From assembly GCA_037137755.1 (NCBI GenBank), contig JBAXJR010000020.1, positions 1-40,532 of the forward strand: DNA of 40,532 bases, in the 5' to 3' direction. Position numbers and translations under genes: made by a program. Position 1 is the first letter of the stretch; every line of letters starts with the position of its first letter. The notes beneath the pieces are model-generated. The model saw only the letters and a program-made list of their open reading frames with translations, did not search any database and was not told where the DNA came from. Source of the stretch: Methanomicrobiales archaeon (GTDB lineage: Archaea; Halobacteriota; Methanomicrobia; Methanomicrobiales; Methanospirillaceae). This document shows positions 1-10,200 of the stretch, in pieces.

Positions 1-3000
1 GAAGCAAGGTTGAGGTTGGCACTCCGTTCTGCAAAGTCAGGGACATGGGACTGGGACTTCCCTACCGGGAAACTCGTATGGTCCCCGGAGTTCTTTGAAC
101 TGTTAGGTCTGTCCCCGGATGTCCCACCTTCTTTTGAAACATGGCTTGCAACGCTGCACCCGGACGATCGTAAACCGTCCATGGAGAAGATCGATCAGTC
201 GGTACAAGATCACAAGGAACTCTGGAACGAGTACCGGGTTCTCCTCCCGGATGGGGGCCTGCGCTGGATTGGAGCCGCAGGCAGCACATCCTACAATGAT
301 AAAGGTGAACCGCTGCGAATGAGTGGGATATGTATTGATATCTCCGAACGCAAGCAGGCGGAAGAAGCGCTGCGGGAGAGCGAACAGCGTTTCCATTCAA
401 TGTTTGAGTCACACGATTCGGTCATGCTTCTCATCAATCCAGAAACAGGCGAAATTATCGACGCAAACCAGGCTGCAGAACGATTTTATGGGAGTTCTCA
501 CGAGGCATTCTGCCAACAAACTATCCAGGAGATTAATATCCTCACCCCTGAAGAGGTCTCCCGGGAGATGCAGAAAGCTATCCACGAAAAGAACAACTTT
601 TTCATATTCCCCCACCGGCTGGCGAATGGTGAGATACGAACGGTAGAAGTGCACTCCTCTCCGATTGAAATGGGCGGCAAGACAATTCTGTTTTCTATTA
701 TCAACGATATTACCGACCGCAAACTGGCCGAGGATGCACTGCGGGAGAGCGAGGAACTATTACGAGATATCATTGAAAAAAATCCCATGTCAATCCAGAT
801 TGTGGACAGGGAGGGGTTCACGCTCAGGGTAAACCCGGCATTCATTCGGCTTTTCGGTTCTGTTCCTCCGCCGGATTTCTCGATTATTACGGATCTTGTG
901 AAGAGTTACCCTGAACTTGAGAACCACATCTCACGGGTAAAAAGCGGGGAACCTGTTAATTTACCCGATATGAGCTTCAATCCGCACGATATCTATCCTG
1001 AATTGCCGGATGTTCCAACCAGGGTGCGGGCAATCATTTTTCCATTGAATGACAGGCACGGAAATCCACAACGTTTTGTTTTCATGCACGAGGACATCAC
1101 CGAACGCAAGCGGGCAGAGGAGACACTGCAGCAGAGTGAGGAGTGGTACCGTTCAATCCTCCAGACAACCATGGACGGTTTCTGGGTCATCGATATATCT
1201 GACGGGAGGGTGATGGAAGTCAATGAGACCTACTGCCGGATGCTGGGCTATCCCCGGGATGAGCTTCTTACCCTGCATATCCCGGAAATCGACGCTCTCC
1301 TGACCCCTGCCCGGCAGGCAGAGATCATCAGGGATGTCATTGCCAGCGGATCGGCGGTCTTCGAGACACGGCACCTCCGGAAGGATGGCAGTGTCTTCGA
1401 TGTCGAGATCTCCGTGACCTACCTCAACCGTGATGGCGGCAGGTTGATCTGTTTCTGCCGGGACATCACCGAGCGCAAACTGAGGGAGGAGACCCATGCA
1501 TTCCTTGTTCAGAGCGGTTACCCTGGTTCCGGGGAAGATTTCTTTAATTCACTGGCCCGGTACCTTGCAGAACATTTGAATATGGACTACGTCTGCATCG
1601 ATACCCTGGAAGGAGACGGCCTGACCGCTCAGACGGTTGCCGTGTACAACGATGGGAAGTTCGACATAAACGTACGGTATGCGTTAAAAGATACTCCGTG
1701 CGGAGTTGTTGTTGGAAAAACCATCTGTTGTTTTTCTGACGAAGTCTGCCGGTTGTTTCCCAACGATCCGGCACTTCAGGACCTCGGGGCCAGGAGTTAT
1801 ATCGGGACCACGCTCTGGAGTTCTGAAGGCAAACCCATAGGACTGATTGCGTTGATCAGGCGCAAGCCTCTGCAGAACCCCGAAATGGCGAAGGTAGTGC
1901 TCGATATGGTAACTATGCGGGCGGCCGGAGAGCTGGAGCGGAGGCTTGGGGAGAGGGCGCTGCAGGAAAGTGAAGAGAAATACCGGATGTACATCGACCA
2001 TTCCCCAGAAGGGATCTTTATCGTGGATGAGGATGGCAACTACACGGATGTAAATCCGTCTGCATGTTTCATGCTCGGCTACAGCTGCGAGGAAGTTCTT
2101 GTTCGCTCCATCCGTGATATGGTACCTCCCGATCACCTGGCCAGTAGTCTCTCAAGATTCTCGAAGTTAAAGGAAACCGGAATGCTGATGGCAGAATCAT
2201 TGCTGATTAAAAAGAACGGAGACCTGTTGCCGGTTATCTTAAACGCTGTCAACATGCCGGATGGAAAATACCTGGGTTTTTGCACAGACATAACCGAGCA
2301 GAAGCGGGCAGAGGGTATGCTCAGGACCTTAACAACCCACCTCATCCATGCCCAGAAGATTGGCCACGTCGGGAGTTTCGATTTCAACATCCCGGAGAAT
2401 AAAGTTATATGGTCGGAAGAGATGTTCCGTATTTTCGGCCAGGAACCGCAGGCATCCCCCCTCTCCATCGAACAAGTCCGGAAGATGATCCATCCCGATG
2501 ACCGCGAACTTCAGAGGGAACAGACCGAGAAGATCATGGAGACCGGGAGCTATGAATTTGAACACCGGCTCATCAGGCCTGACGGGGATATCCGGTGGAT
2601 TGCCGGCAGGGCCGAGATGGTGGAGTATGATGCGGCGAATGCCCCGGTCCGCATGCTCGGAACGATGCAGGACATCACCGATCGGAAGCGTTTCGAAGAG
2701 GCTATCCGTGAATCGCGCCAGATCCTGGATACGATCATCAAAACTATACCTGCAAGGGTCTTCTGGAAAGATAAGGATCTAACCTTTCTCGGCTGCAACA
2801 CCCAGTTCGCCCGTGATGCCGGCTTTGAAAAACCTGAGGATGTTATCGGAAAGGATGATTATACGATGGGCTGGTGCGAACAGGCGGAACTGTACCGGGC
2901 CGATGATCGTCTTGTTATTGAGAGTGGAAGACCCCGGCTCCTAATCGAGGAGCCGCAGACCACCCCCTCCGGAGAAAAGATCTCCCTCCTGACCAGTAAA

Positions 3001-3738
3001 GTCCCCTTGAAGAATGCAACCGGTGAGATTATTGGTGTCTTGGGAACCTATCTGGACATCACTGAACGAAAGCGGGCGGAGGAAGAGCTCCAGCGGACGA
3101 ATAAAAAGCTTAACCTCCTTTCCAGCATTACCCGGCACGACATCACCAACCAACTCACAGTACTGATGGGGTATCTCACGGTCCTGGAAAAGAAACAGCC
3201 CGACCCCACACTCAGCGAGTATTTCAGCAAGGTCAAAACCACCGCAGAACGGATCTCCTCCATGATCCGGTTTACTCAAGAATACGAAGCGATCGGTGTG
3301 AATGCCCCTGCATGGCAGGAGTGCCGTACACTCGTAGACACTGCGGTAAAACAGGCCCTGCTCGGAAAGGTCATGGTGAAGAACGACATCCCTGCCGGTA
3401 CGGAAATTTTCGCCGATCCGCTGGTCATGAAAGTCTTTTACAACCTGATGGACAATGCAGTGCAATACGGGGGAAAGATCACGAAGATCAGGTTCTGTGT
3501 TGAGGAATCCGGTGATGACCACATCGTTGCCTGTGAAGATGATGGCGAGGGTATCCGTGCAGATGAGAAGGAGATGATATTCGAGCGGGGATACGGGAAG
3601 AACACGGGCCTTGGTCTGGCCTTATCAAGAGAGATCCTGTCCATTACCGGCATAACGATCAAAGAGACCGGCGAGCCGGGCAAGGGAGCACGGTTCGAGA
3701 TAGTGGTGCCGAAAGAGGCATGGCGGAGGAACCATTGA
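1..3738 (+). CDS. Multi-PAS + GAF sensor histidine kinase (5' end outside the window)
   Basis: Frame is open from base 1 (EARLRLALRS...), so the TTG at 10 is probably not the true start. About 7 PAS/PAC repeats ending DI(T/S)(E/D)RK-like, a GAF-like segment (SYIGTTLWSSEGKPIGLIAL), H-box SSITRHDITNQL, N-box NLMDNAVQYG, G1 EDDGEGI, G2 NTGLGL. Confidence 0.93.
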   Translation, partial: EARLRLALRSAKSGTWDWDFPTGKLVWSPEFFELLGLSPDVPPSFETWLATLHPDDRKPSMEKIDQSVQDHKELWNEYRVLLPDGGLRWIGAAGSTSYNDKGEPLRMSGICIDISERKQAEEALRESEQRFHSMFESHDSVMLLINPETGEIIDANQAAERFYGSSHEAFCQQTIQEINILTPEEVSREMQKAIHEKNNFFIFPHRLANGEIRTVEVHSSPIEMGGKTILFSIINDITDRKLAEDALRESEELLRDIIEKNPMSIQIVDREGFTLRVNPAFIRLFGSVPPPDFSIITDLVKSYPELENHISRVKSGEPVNLPDMSFNPHDIYPELPDVPTRVRAIIFPLNDRHGNPQRFVFMHEDITERKRAEETLQQSEEWYRSILQTTMDGFWVIDISDGRVMEVNETYCRMLGYPRDELLTLHIPEIDALLTPARQAEIIRDVIASGSAVFETRHLRKDGSVFDVEISVTYLNRDGGRLICFCRDITERKLREETHAFLVQSGYPGSGEDFFNSLARYLAEHLNMDYVCIDTLEGDGLTAQTVAVYNDGKFDINVRYALKDTPCGVVVGKTICCFSDEVCRLFPNDPALQDLGARSYIGTTLWSSEGKPIGLIALIRRKPLQNPEMAKVVLDMVTMRAAGELERRLGERALQESEEKYRMYIDHSPEGIFIVDEDGNYTDVNPSACFMLGYSCEEVLVRSIRDMVPPDHLASSLSRFSKLKETGMLMAESLLIKKNGDLLPVILNAVNMPDGKYLGFCTDITEQKRAEGMLRTLTTHLIHAQKIGHVGSFDFNIPENKVIWSEEMFRIFGQEPQASPLSIEQVRKMIHPDDRELQREQTEKIMETGSYEFEHRLIRPDGDIRWIAGRAEMVEYDAANAPVRMLGTMQDITDRKRFEEAIRESRQILDTIIKTIPARVFWKDKDLTFLGCNTQFARDAGFEKPEDVIGKDDYTMGWCEQAELYRADDRLVIESGRPRLLIEEPQTTPSGEKISLLTSKVPLKNATGEIIGVLGTYLDITERKRAEEELQRTNKKLNLLSSITRHDITNQLTVLMGYLTVLEKKQPDPTLSEYFSKVKTTAERISSMIRFTQEYEAIGVNAPAWQECRTLVDTAVKQALLGKVMVKNDIPAGTEIFADPLVMKVFYNLMDNAVQYGGKITKIRFCVEESGDDHIVACEDDGEGIRADEKEMIFERGYGKNTGLGLALSREILSITGITIKETGEPGKGARFEIVVPKEAWRRNH
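3664..3713 (+). repeat. 50-nt block repeated at 7199-7248 (49/50 identical), weaker copy at 10381-10430
   Basis: GAGACCGG(C/T)GAGCCGGGCAAGGGAGCACGGTTCGAGATAGTGGTGCCGAA at the 3' ends of the kinases. Confidence 0.9.
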
Positions 3739-3766
3739 TACAAATGATATTTCAGAGGGGTAAACC

Positions 3767-4474
3767 ATGACGATACTACCTACATCAAATTCTGATACAT
3801 TGGATGCAGGACAAGGCAACAGAAAGAACAGCGTCCCATCCCCATCGCTTGCAGACATGGAAAATGCCCTGATCTCGGTCGACCGGGTCAGGGCCATCAG
3901 GATCGTCCGGGATTCCTGCACAACCGGTTCCCCGTTCATGTGTCTTGAAACCCTCATCGTCCCGGCGCTTGAAGATGTGGGCCGGCGCTGGGAAACCGGC
4001 GAAGTCGCACTCTCTCAGGTGTACATGAGCGGACGGATCTGTGAAGAGATTGTAGACACCATGCTCCCTGCCGGGGACCCGCGTCGCGTGGACCAGCCAA
4101 AGATGGCAATTGCAGTACTCGAAGATCACCACACGCTTGGGAAACGAATAGTTCTCTCCGTGCTCCGGGCTGGTGGGTACGAGGTGACAGATTACGGTCA
4201 CGGGGTCTCGGTTGACCAGCTCGTTGACCAGGTAACCCACGACAACGTCATCATCCTCCTGATTTCCACCCTGATGCTCCCTGCTGCCCTCAGGTCAAAG
4301 GAGGCAATTACCCGTATCAGGAAAATACAACCGGGTATAAAAATCATTGTCGGGGGAGCACCGTTCATATTCGATCCCCTGCTCTGGAAAGAGGTCGGGG
4401 CGGATGCGATGGGGCATGCGGCTTCTGAGACACTTGAGATCGTCAGGCGAATGGCTGCGGAGGTGCAGGGATGA
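3767..4474 (+). CDS. Corrinoid (cobalamin)-binding protein, MtaC/MetH-cap type
   Basis: Cap domain (IVPALEDVGRRWETGEVALSQVYMS), base-off/His-on motif DxHxxG (EDHHTLGKRIV), SxL (ISTLM) and GG (IIVGGAP). Confidence 0.9.
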   Translation: MTILPTSNSDTLDAGQGNRKNSVPSPSLADMENALISVDRVRAIRIVRDSCTTGSPFMCLETLIVPALEDVGRRWETGEVALSQVYMSGRICEEIVDTMLPAGDPRRVDQPKMAIAVLEDHHTLGKRIVLSVLRAGGYEVTDYGHGVSVDQLVDQVTHDNVIILLISTLMLPAALRSKEAITRIRKIQPGIKIIVGGAPFIFDPLLWKEVGADAMGHAASETLEIVRRMAAEVQG

Positions 4475-5526
4475 CAGGTTCCATGACGTCAATGCAGCGC
4501 ACGCTTGATACGATGGAATTTAAAGAACCGGACCGGGTCCCGCTCTTTTTACTGTTCACGATGCAGGGGGCCAGGGAGCTGGGACTCTCGATCCGTGACT
4601 ATTTTTCAAAGCCGGAGTATATCGCTGAAGGCCAGATGCGCCTGTTAAAAAAATTCCAGGGGGATTGTGTCAACCCTTTCACGTACGCAGCGTCTGAGAT
4701 CGTTGCATGGGGTGGGGATGTCATATTCAGGGATGATGGCCCCCCAAACGCGGGGAAACCGATCATCATGACGAATGCAGATATCGATACGATTGAAGTC
4801 CCTTCAGTTGAAGATAGTCCCAGCCTTCTGTCCGGCCTGCGCACCATCGAACTGTTAAAGAAAAGGGTCGCTACTGATGTGCCCATCATGGGATCTGTCA
4901 TCTCCCCCTTCTCACTCCCTGTCCTGCAGATGGGGTTTGAAGCCTACATCGAGCTGATGTACGGAGAACCTGACCTGTTCTGGAAGCTCATGAAGAAAAA
5001 TGAGCAGTTCTGCGTAGCATGGGCAAACGCCCAGCTCGAGGCCGGAGCTACGGCAATCGGGTGTGCCGATCCTCTTGCATCACCGGATATGACTCCCACT
5101 GACCTCTACCGTAAGACCGGATTTATTGTTGCACAGCGTACAATTGCACAGATCAGGGGCGGTGTTGCAACCCACCTGGCTTCGGCACGGACTCTTTCGC
5201 GTATTGACGATCTGGCAAAAACCGGTACGATTGGGGTGGGGGTTTCCGCGTTTGATGATATTGGGGAAGTAAAACGGGCAATCAATGGCAGGATGGTCCT
5301 TATCGGTAACCTCAATGGCATTGAGATGCGGCGCTGGACCCCGGAAATGGCGGAAGCGAACGTGAAGGAAACCATTGCAAAGGCAGGCCGGGGCGGGGGA
5401 TTCATTCTCTCGGACAACCACGGGGAGATTCCCTGGCAGGTTCCCGATTCTGTTCTCTTTGCGATCAGTGCTGCAGTAAAACAATGGGGTCGCTATCCAC
5501 TCGACTGGGTGCCGGATGAAGGATAA
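4471..5526 (+). CDS. UroD/MtaA(MT2)-superfamily methyltransferase-like protein
   Basis: EPDRVP N-terminal motif, GSVISPFSL, AQLEAGA...DPLAS, LIGNL, GGGFILS. ATGA overlap with the corrinoid gene; start could also be ATG 4483. Confidence 0.88.
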   Translation: MTGSMTSMQRTLDTMEFKEPDRVPLFLLFTMQGARELGLSIRDYFSKPEYIAEGQMRLLKKFQGDCVNPFTYAASEIVAWGGDVIFRDDGPPNAGKPIIMTNADIDTIEVPSVEDSPSLLSGLRTIELLKKRVATDVPIMGSVISPFSLPVLQMGFEAYIELMYGEPDLFWKLMKKNEQFCVAWANAQLEAGATAIGCADPLASPDMTPTDLYRKTGFIVAQRTIAQIRGGVATHLASARTLSRIDDLAKTGTIGVGVSAFDDIGEVKRAINGRMVLIGNLNGIEMRRWTPEMAEANVKETIAKAGRGGGFILSDNHGEIPWQVPDSVLFAISAAVKQWGRYPLDWVPDEG

Positions 5527-7282
5527 TTTCTGTATCCTTTGCTGCGAGAATATCAGGCCGGAGGTGGATGCCATACTTGCCACGGGTTCGTTATCCCGGG
5601 CCACCGTCAGATCATTTCCCTTCCATTGTGGCCATATCCCATCACTTTGGAAAACGGTCAGCGATCAGTATCGCGAACTTGAAGAGGCCGGAGCACGGGT
5701 CTACCTGTGCGGGTGCGGATGCGCCAATACACTTGACATTCCTCAGGAGGTCCGTTTGGGTTCATCCCTCATCTTCCATACATCAGGTGCATCCTTGTTC
5801 CTGCCGGAGGACCTTGTCAACAGTTACCTAAAAAACGGTGCACTGGTCGTCCTGCCCGGCTGGCTTTCCCGCTGGAAGCAAAACGCTCACTGTGACAAGC
5901 TGGACCAGGCAACCGCCCGGCAAATGTATGCAGAATCGATACGGGAAATCATTCTCCTTGATACGGGAACACATCCCGGCACTGCCGGGATTCTTACAGA
6001 GTTTTCTGAATTTATCGGGGTCCCGCCCAGGGTCATGCCTGTTGGAACTGATTATTTCCGCCTCCGGCTTATAGAACTCTACCTTACATGGCAGTGCGAA
6101 CAGAAGGTCATAGGGTGCAGGACAGAGGTCCACGCTTTGGAAAAGAAAGTGGCGGATTATTCGATGGTATCAGACCTGACTTCAAAGATTATCGGAGCAC
6201 ATGATGAAAAGACTGTCGTCCTCCAGATGCTCGATCTCTTCTTCCTTCTCTTCTCACCTAAGAAAGCGAAATTCCTCCCGTTCCGCGATGGTGTTTACGA
6301 GGATGTTATCAGCATTCCACAGAGTGCAGATAATCAGGAACATGGGCTGGCACCGTTTCCAGAGTCCTCCGTCCAGTACCGGATCGCAAATACAGGTGAC
6401 GGGTTCCAGTTCCGGGTGATGCATGATCAACAACAGCTCGGGATTCTTTCCATTGAAGGATTATCGCTGCCCGGATATCTGGATGAATACCTTAATCTCA
6501 CTCACTTCATCAGCCAGGTCGCTGGCCTCTCGATTACGATTGCCCGGACGTACGAGGATCTGGAGCATGCTGTTACAGAACGTGAGGCCGAGATCGTTGA
6601 GCGGAGGAGGGCAGAAATGGCGGTGCAGATGGCGAATAAAAAGCTCAACCTCCTCTCTTCCATCACCCGGCACGACATCAACAACCAGCTGACAGTGCAG
6701 ATGGGATACCTTTCGATGTTGAAAAAGAAGGAGATGGATCCCACTTCCAGTGGGTATTTCCAGAAAGTTTCCACCGCTGCTGAACGGATATCTGCGATGA
6801 TCAAGTTCACCAAGGAATACGAGAGCATCGGGGTCACAGCACCTTCCTGGCAGGACTGCCGCATCCTCGTGGAAACCGCTGCAAAGGAAATCCAGCTCGG
6901 AGAGATCACCGTGATGAACGATCTCCATTCAGATTCAGAAGTTTTTGCTGACCCGATGATAGTAAAAGTCTTCTATAACCTGATGGATAACGCCGTGCGA
7001 TACGGGGAGAAGATTACTATTATAGGGTTCTCTGCTGAGAAACGTAATGGGAATTTTGTGATCAAATGTGAGGACGATGGTGTCGGCATCGCTGCAGATG
7101 AGAAGGAGAAAATCTTCGATCGTGGATTCGGGAAGAATACAGGTATGGGGTTGTTCCTTTCCCGTGAGATCCTTGCAATTACGGGTATCATGATTACTGA
7201 GACCGGTGAGCCGGGCAAGGGAGCACGGTTCGAGATAGTGGTGCCGAAGGGTATGTGGCGGATGACTGGGAAAGATGCCTGA
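5516..7282 (+). CDS. DUF1638-like N-terminal domain + GAF-like domain + histidine kinase
   Basis: N-terminal pattern (LVVLPGWLSRW...IILLDTG...EFSEFIGVP..V.PVGTDYF) recognised as DUF1638-like. C-terminal H-box SSITRHDINNQL, NLMDNAVRYG, EDDGVGI, NTGMGL all intact. Confidence 0.82.
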   Translation: MKDNFCILCCENIRPEVDAILATGSLSRATVRSFPFHCGHIPSLWKTVSDQYRELEEAGARVYLCGCGCANTLDIPQEVRLGSSLIFHTSGASLFLPEDLVNSYLKNGALVVLPGWLSRWKQNAHCDKLDQATARQMYAESIREIILLDTGTHPGTAGILTEFSEFIGVPPRVMPVGTDYFRLRLIELYLTWQCEQKVIGCRTEVHALEKKVADYSMVSDLTSKIIGAHDEKTVVLQMLDLFFLLFSPKKAKFLPFRDGVYEDVISIPQSADNQEHGLAPFPESSVQYRIANTGDGFQFRVMHDQQQLGILSIEGLSLPGYLDEYLNLTHFISQVAGLSITIARTYEDLEHAVTEREAEIVERRRAEMAVQMANKKLNLLSSITRHDINNQLTVQMGYLSMLKKKEMDPTSSGYFQKVSTAAERISAMIKFTKEYESIGVTAPSWQDCRILVETAAKEIQLGEITVMNDLHSDSEVFADPMIVKVFYNLMDNAVRYGEKITIIGFSAEKRNGNFVIKCEDDGVGIAADEKEKIFDRGFGKNTGMGLFLSREILAITGIMITETGEPGKGARFEIVVPKGMWRMTGKDA

Positions 7283-10200
7283 TGACTGCAGGGAAGAAGA
7301 CGCTTGGAGAGAAGAAATCAGACACACCGGCCTGCGAATATTCTTTGTGGGACAGCGAGGAGAAATACCGCCGCATAGTTGAAACTTCCCACGAAGGCAT
7401 CTGGGCGATGAACGGGCAGTTTGTTACTACCTATGTCAATGAGCGCATGGCAGAGATGCTCGGGTACACTGTAAACGAGATACTCGGAAAAACGATCCAG
7501 TCCTTCATGTCGGGTGAAGACCTTGCCGACCAGCAGCAAAAAATCGAGGAGCGGATGCATGGACAACCCGGCTCCTATGAACGACGGTTCAGGGCGAAAG
7601 ACGGGACTATTCTGACATTCAATGTATCAGCAACACCGATTATGGGTGATCAAGGCTCGTTTGAAGGCTCTTTTGCGATGCTGACCGACATCACGGCCCG
7701 GAAACGTTCTGAAGAGGAACTCTTAAAGAATGCCGAAGAACTCCACGCATCCTATGAGGAGATTACTGCAATCGAAGAGGAACTCCGGGCCAATCTGGAT
7801 GAATTGACCAGAAAGGAACAGGAATTACAGGAGAGCGAAACAAAATACCGCACGGTCATTGAGCAGAGCCATGATGGCATCTTCATTGCCCAGGATGGCA
7901 TCATCGTCTTTTTCAATACTTCCTTTTCCTCAATGACCGGTTACCCCGATTCAGAACTTGCAGGGCGATCCATAGCTGACATGATTGCCCCTGAAGACCG
8001 GGAACTGGTCATGGCCCGGCATCATGATCGGCTCAAAGGGATACTCCACTCCGAGGTGTACGAATTCTCGGTTCTTCATCATGACAGGATGAGCCGGATC
8101 CCGGTCAAAATGAAAGTCAAATCGGCAAACATCAGAGGAAAGCCGGCAACCATTGGTACGCTCCATAACATGACCGATGAGAGAAACCGGGAGAGAGCAC
8201 TGCAGGAAAGCAGGCGCCAGCTTGACTCAATGGCCACCAACATACCCGGGGTTGTCTTTCGGTATTATGTTAACCCCGATGGGACATCCGGATTTGATTA
8301 TATCAGCGGGCGCAGCCGGGAGATTCTCGGACTTGAGAATGACAAGGCCACGTTTGATAACCGATTTACCGAAGGAATAGTTCCTGAAAACCGTGAACGG
8401 TTTCTCAGTTCGATTCAGCACGCCGTAACAACACAAACCCTGTGGGAGTTTGACAGCCCGTATGTCAAACCCTCCGGTGAGAAGATCTGGGTTAGTGCAG
8501 TATCCAGCCCGATAATGGAACATGACCGGCTCATTTTCGATGGTGCTTTTTTTGACATTACTCAGCGTAAGCGTGCCGAAGTGGAACTTGTAAAGAAAAA
8601 CGAAGAACTCAATGCCTCTTATGAGCAGATCGCAGCAGCCGAAGAAGAACTTCGTGGCAATCTTGATGAACTCACACGGCAGGAACGGGCACTGCGGGAG
8701 AGCGAAACGCAACTCCGGGCCACCCTTGAATCCACAGCAGATGGCATTCTCGCCGTGGACAATACGGGAAAGATGGTACTTGCCAGCCGGCGATTCGCCG
8801 AGATCTGGAAAATCCCACCATCTCTCATGGAGCGCGGCAATGACCAGGCAATGCTTGACTTTGTGCTGAACCAGTTGACCGATCCCGATGCATTTCTCAA
8901 GAAAGTGCAGGAGCTATACAATTCGGATGCAGTGGACATGGACACCCTCACCTTCAAGGACCGCCGGGTCTTTGAACGTTATTCATTCCCGATGATCCAA
9001 GATGGCGTCCGCATTGGCCGGGTATGGTCGTTCCGGGACATCACCGAACGCAAGAAGGCAGAAGATGAGATCGTTAAGAAAAACGAAGAACTCAATGCCT
9101 CATATGAGCAGATTGCAGCAGCTGAAGAAGAACTCAAAGGGCAGTTCGATGCACTCGCGGAAAGTGAACAGATGATCCGTGAGAGCGAAGGACGTGTCAG
9201 GAATAAACTTGAAAGTCTCCTGTCCCCGGGGGGAGATATCGGTAACTTGGATCTTGCCGACATCATCAATGTTCAGGAAATCCAGTCAATGATGGATGAT
9301 TTCAATGCCCTGACGCATATCGGCATTGCGATTCTTGATATCAACGGGAAAATCCTGGTTGCCACCGGCTGGCAGGACATCTGCACAAAATTCCACCGGG
9401 TGAACCCAGAAACCTGTGCGAACTGTGCGGAAAGCGATACTCTCCTCTCAAGCGGGGTTGAACCGGGAACGGTCAAGCGCTACCGGTGTAAAAATAATAT
9501 GTGGGACCTCGTGACACCCATTGTTATCGGGGGAAGCCATGTAGGTAACCTATTCCTGGGCCAGTTCCTGTTTGAGGATGAGTCCGTGAACGATGAACTC
9601 TTCCGCGCCCAAGCGGTGCGTTACGGATTTGATGAGCAGTCATATCTTGATGCACTTGACCGGGTCCCCCGGTGGAACCAGGAAACGATCGATACAGTAA
9701 TGGCATTTTATACAAAGTTTGCCCGGATGGTTTCTACGTTAAGTCATAGCAATATCACGCTGGCCCGGACGGTTACTGAACGGGACACAACGCTTAACTC
9801 TCTCCTTAAGGTAAATCAAAAACTCAATGTCCTCTCCCAACTGACACGACAGGACTTAACCACCCAGATTTTTATCGTGAACAGCTTCCTTGAGATGGCA
9901 AAAAAACAGGCAAAAGGACAGGACGGGATTATTAAGAATATTGAGAGCGGTGAACGAGCAGTCCGGTCTATAAAAGAGATAACGGAATTTACCAAGGATT
10001 ACCAGAACATGGGAGAAAAACCGTCGAGATGGCAGAATGTAAAACTGGCGTTTTTGTTAGGGCTCTCCCATATATCGATTGGCGAGATCCGGCACAGCCT
10101 TGAGACAGAAACCCTCGAAATCTTTGCCGATCCGCTGCTTGAAAAGGCGTTTCAGGGTCTGTTAGAAAACACCGTTGCACACGGGGGTCATGTCAGCGAA

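Noticed and set aside
3767-5526. Methylotrophic methanogenesis (mtaC/mtaA) genes
   Set aside because: No substrate-specific methyltransferase or activator, Zn-Cys ligands missing, purely signalling context; gene symbols withheld.
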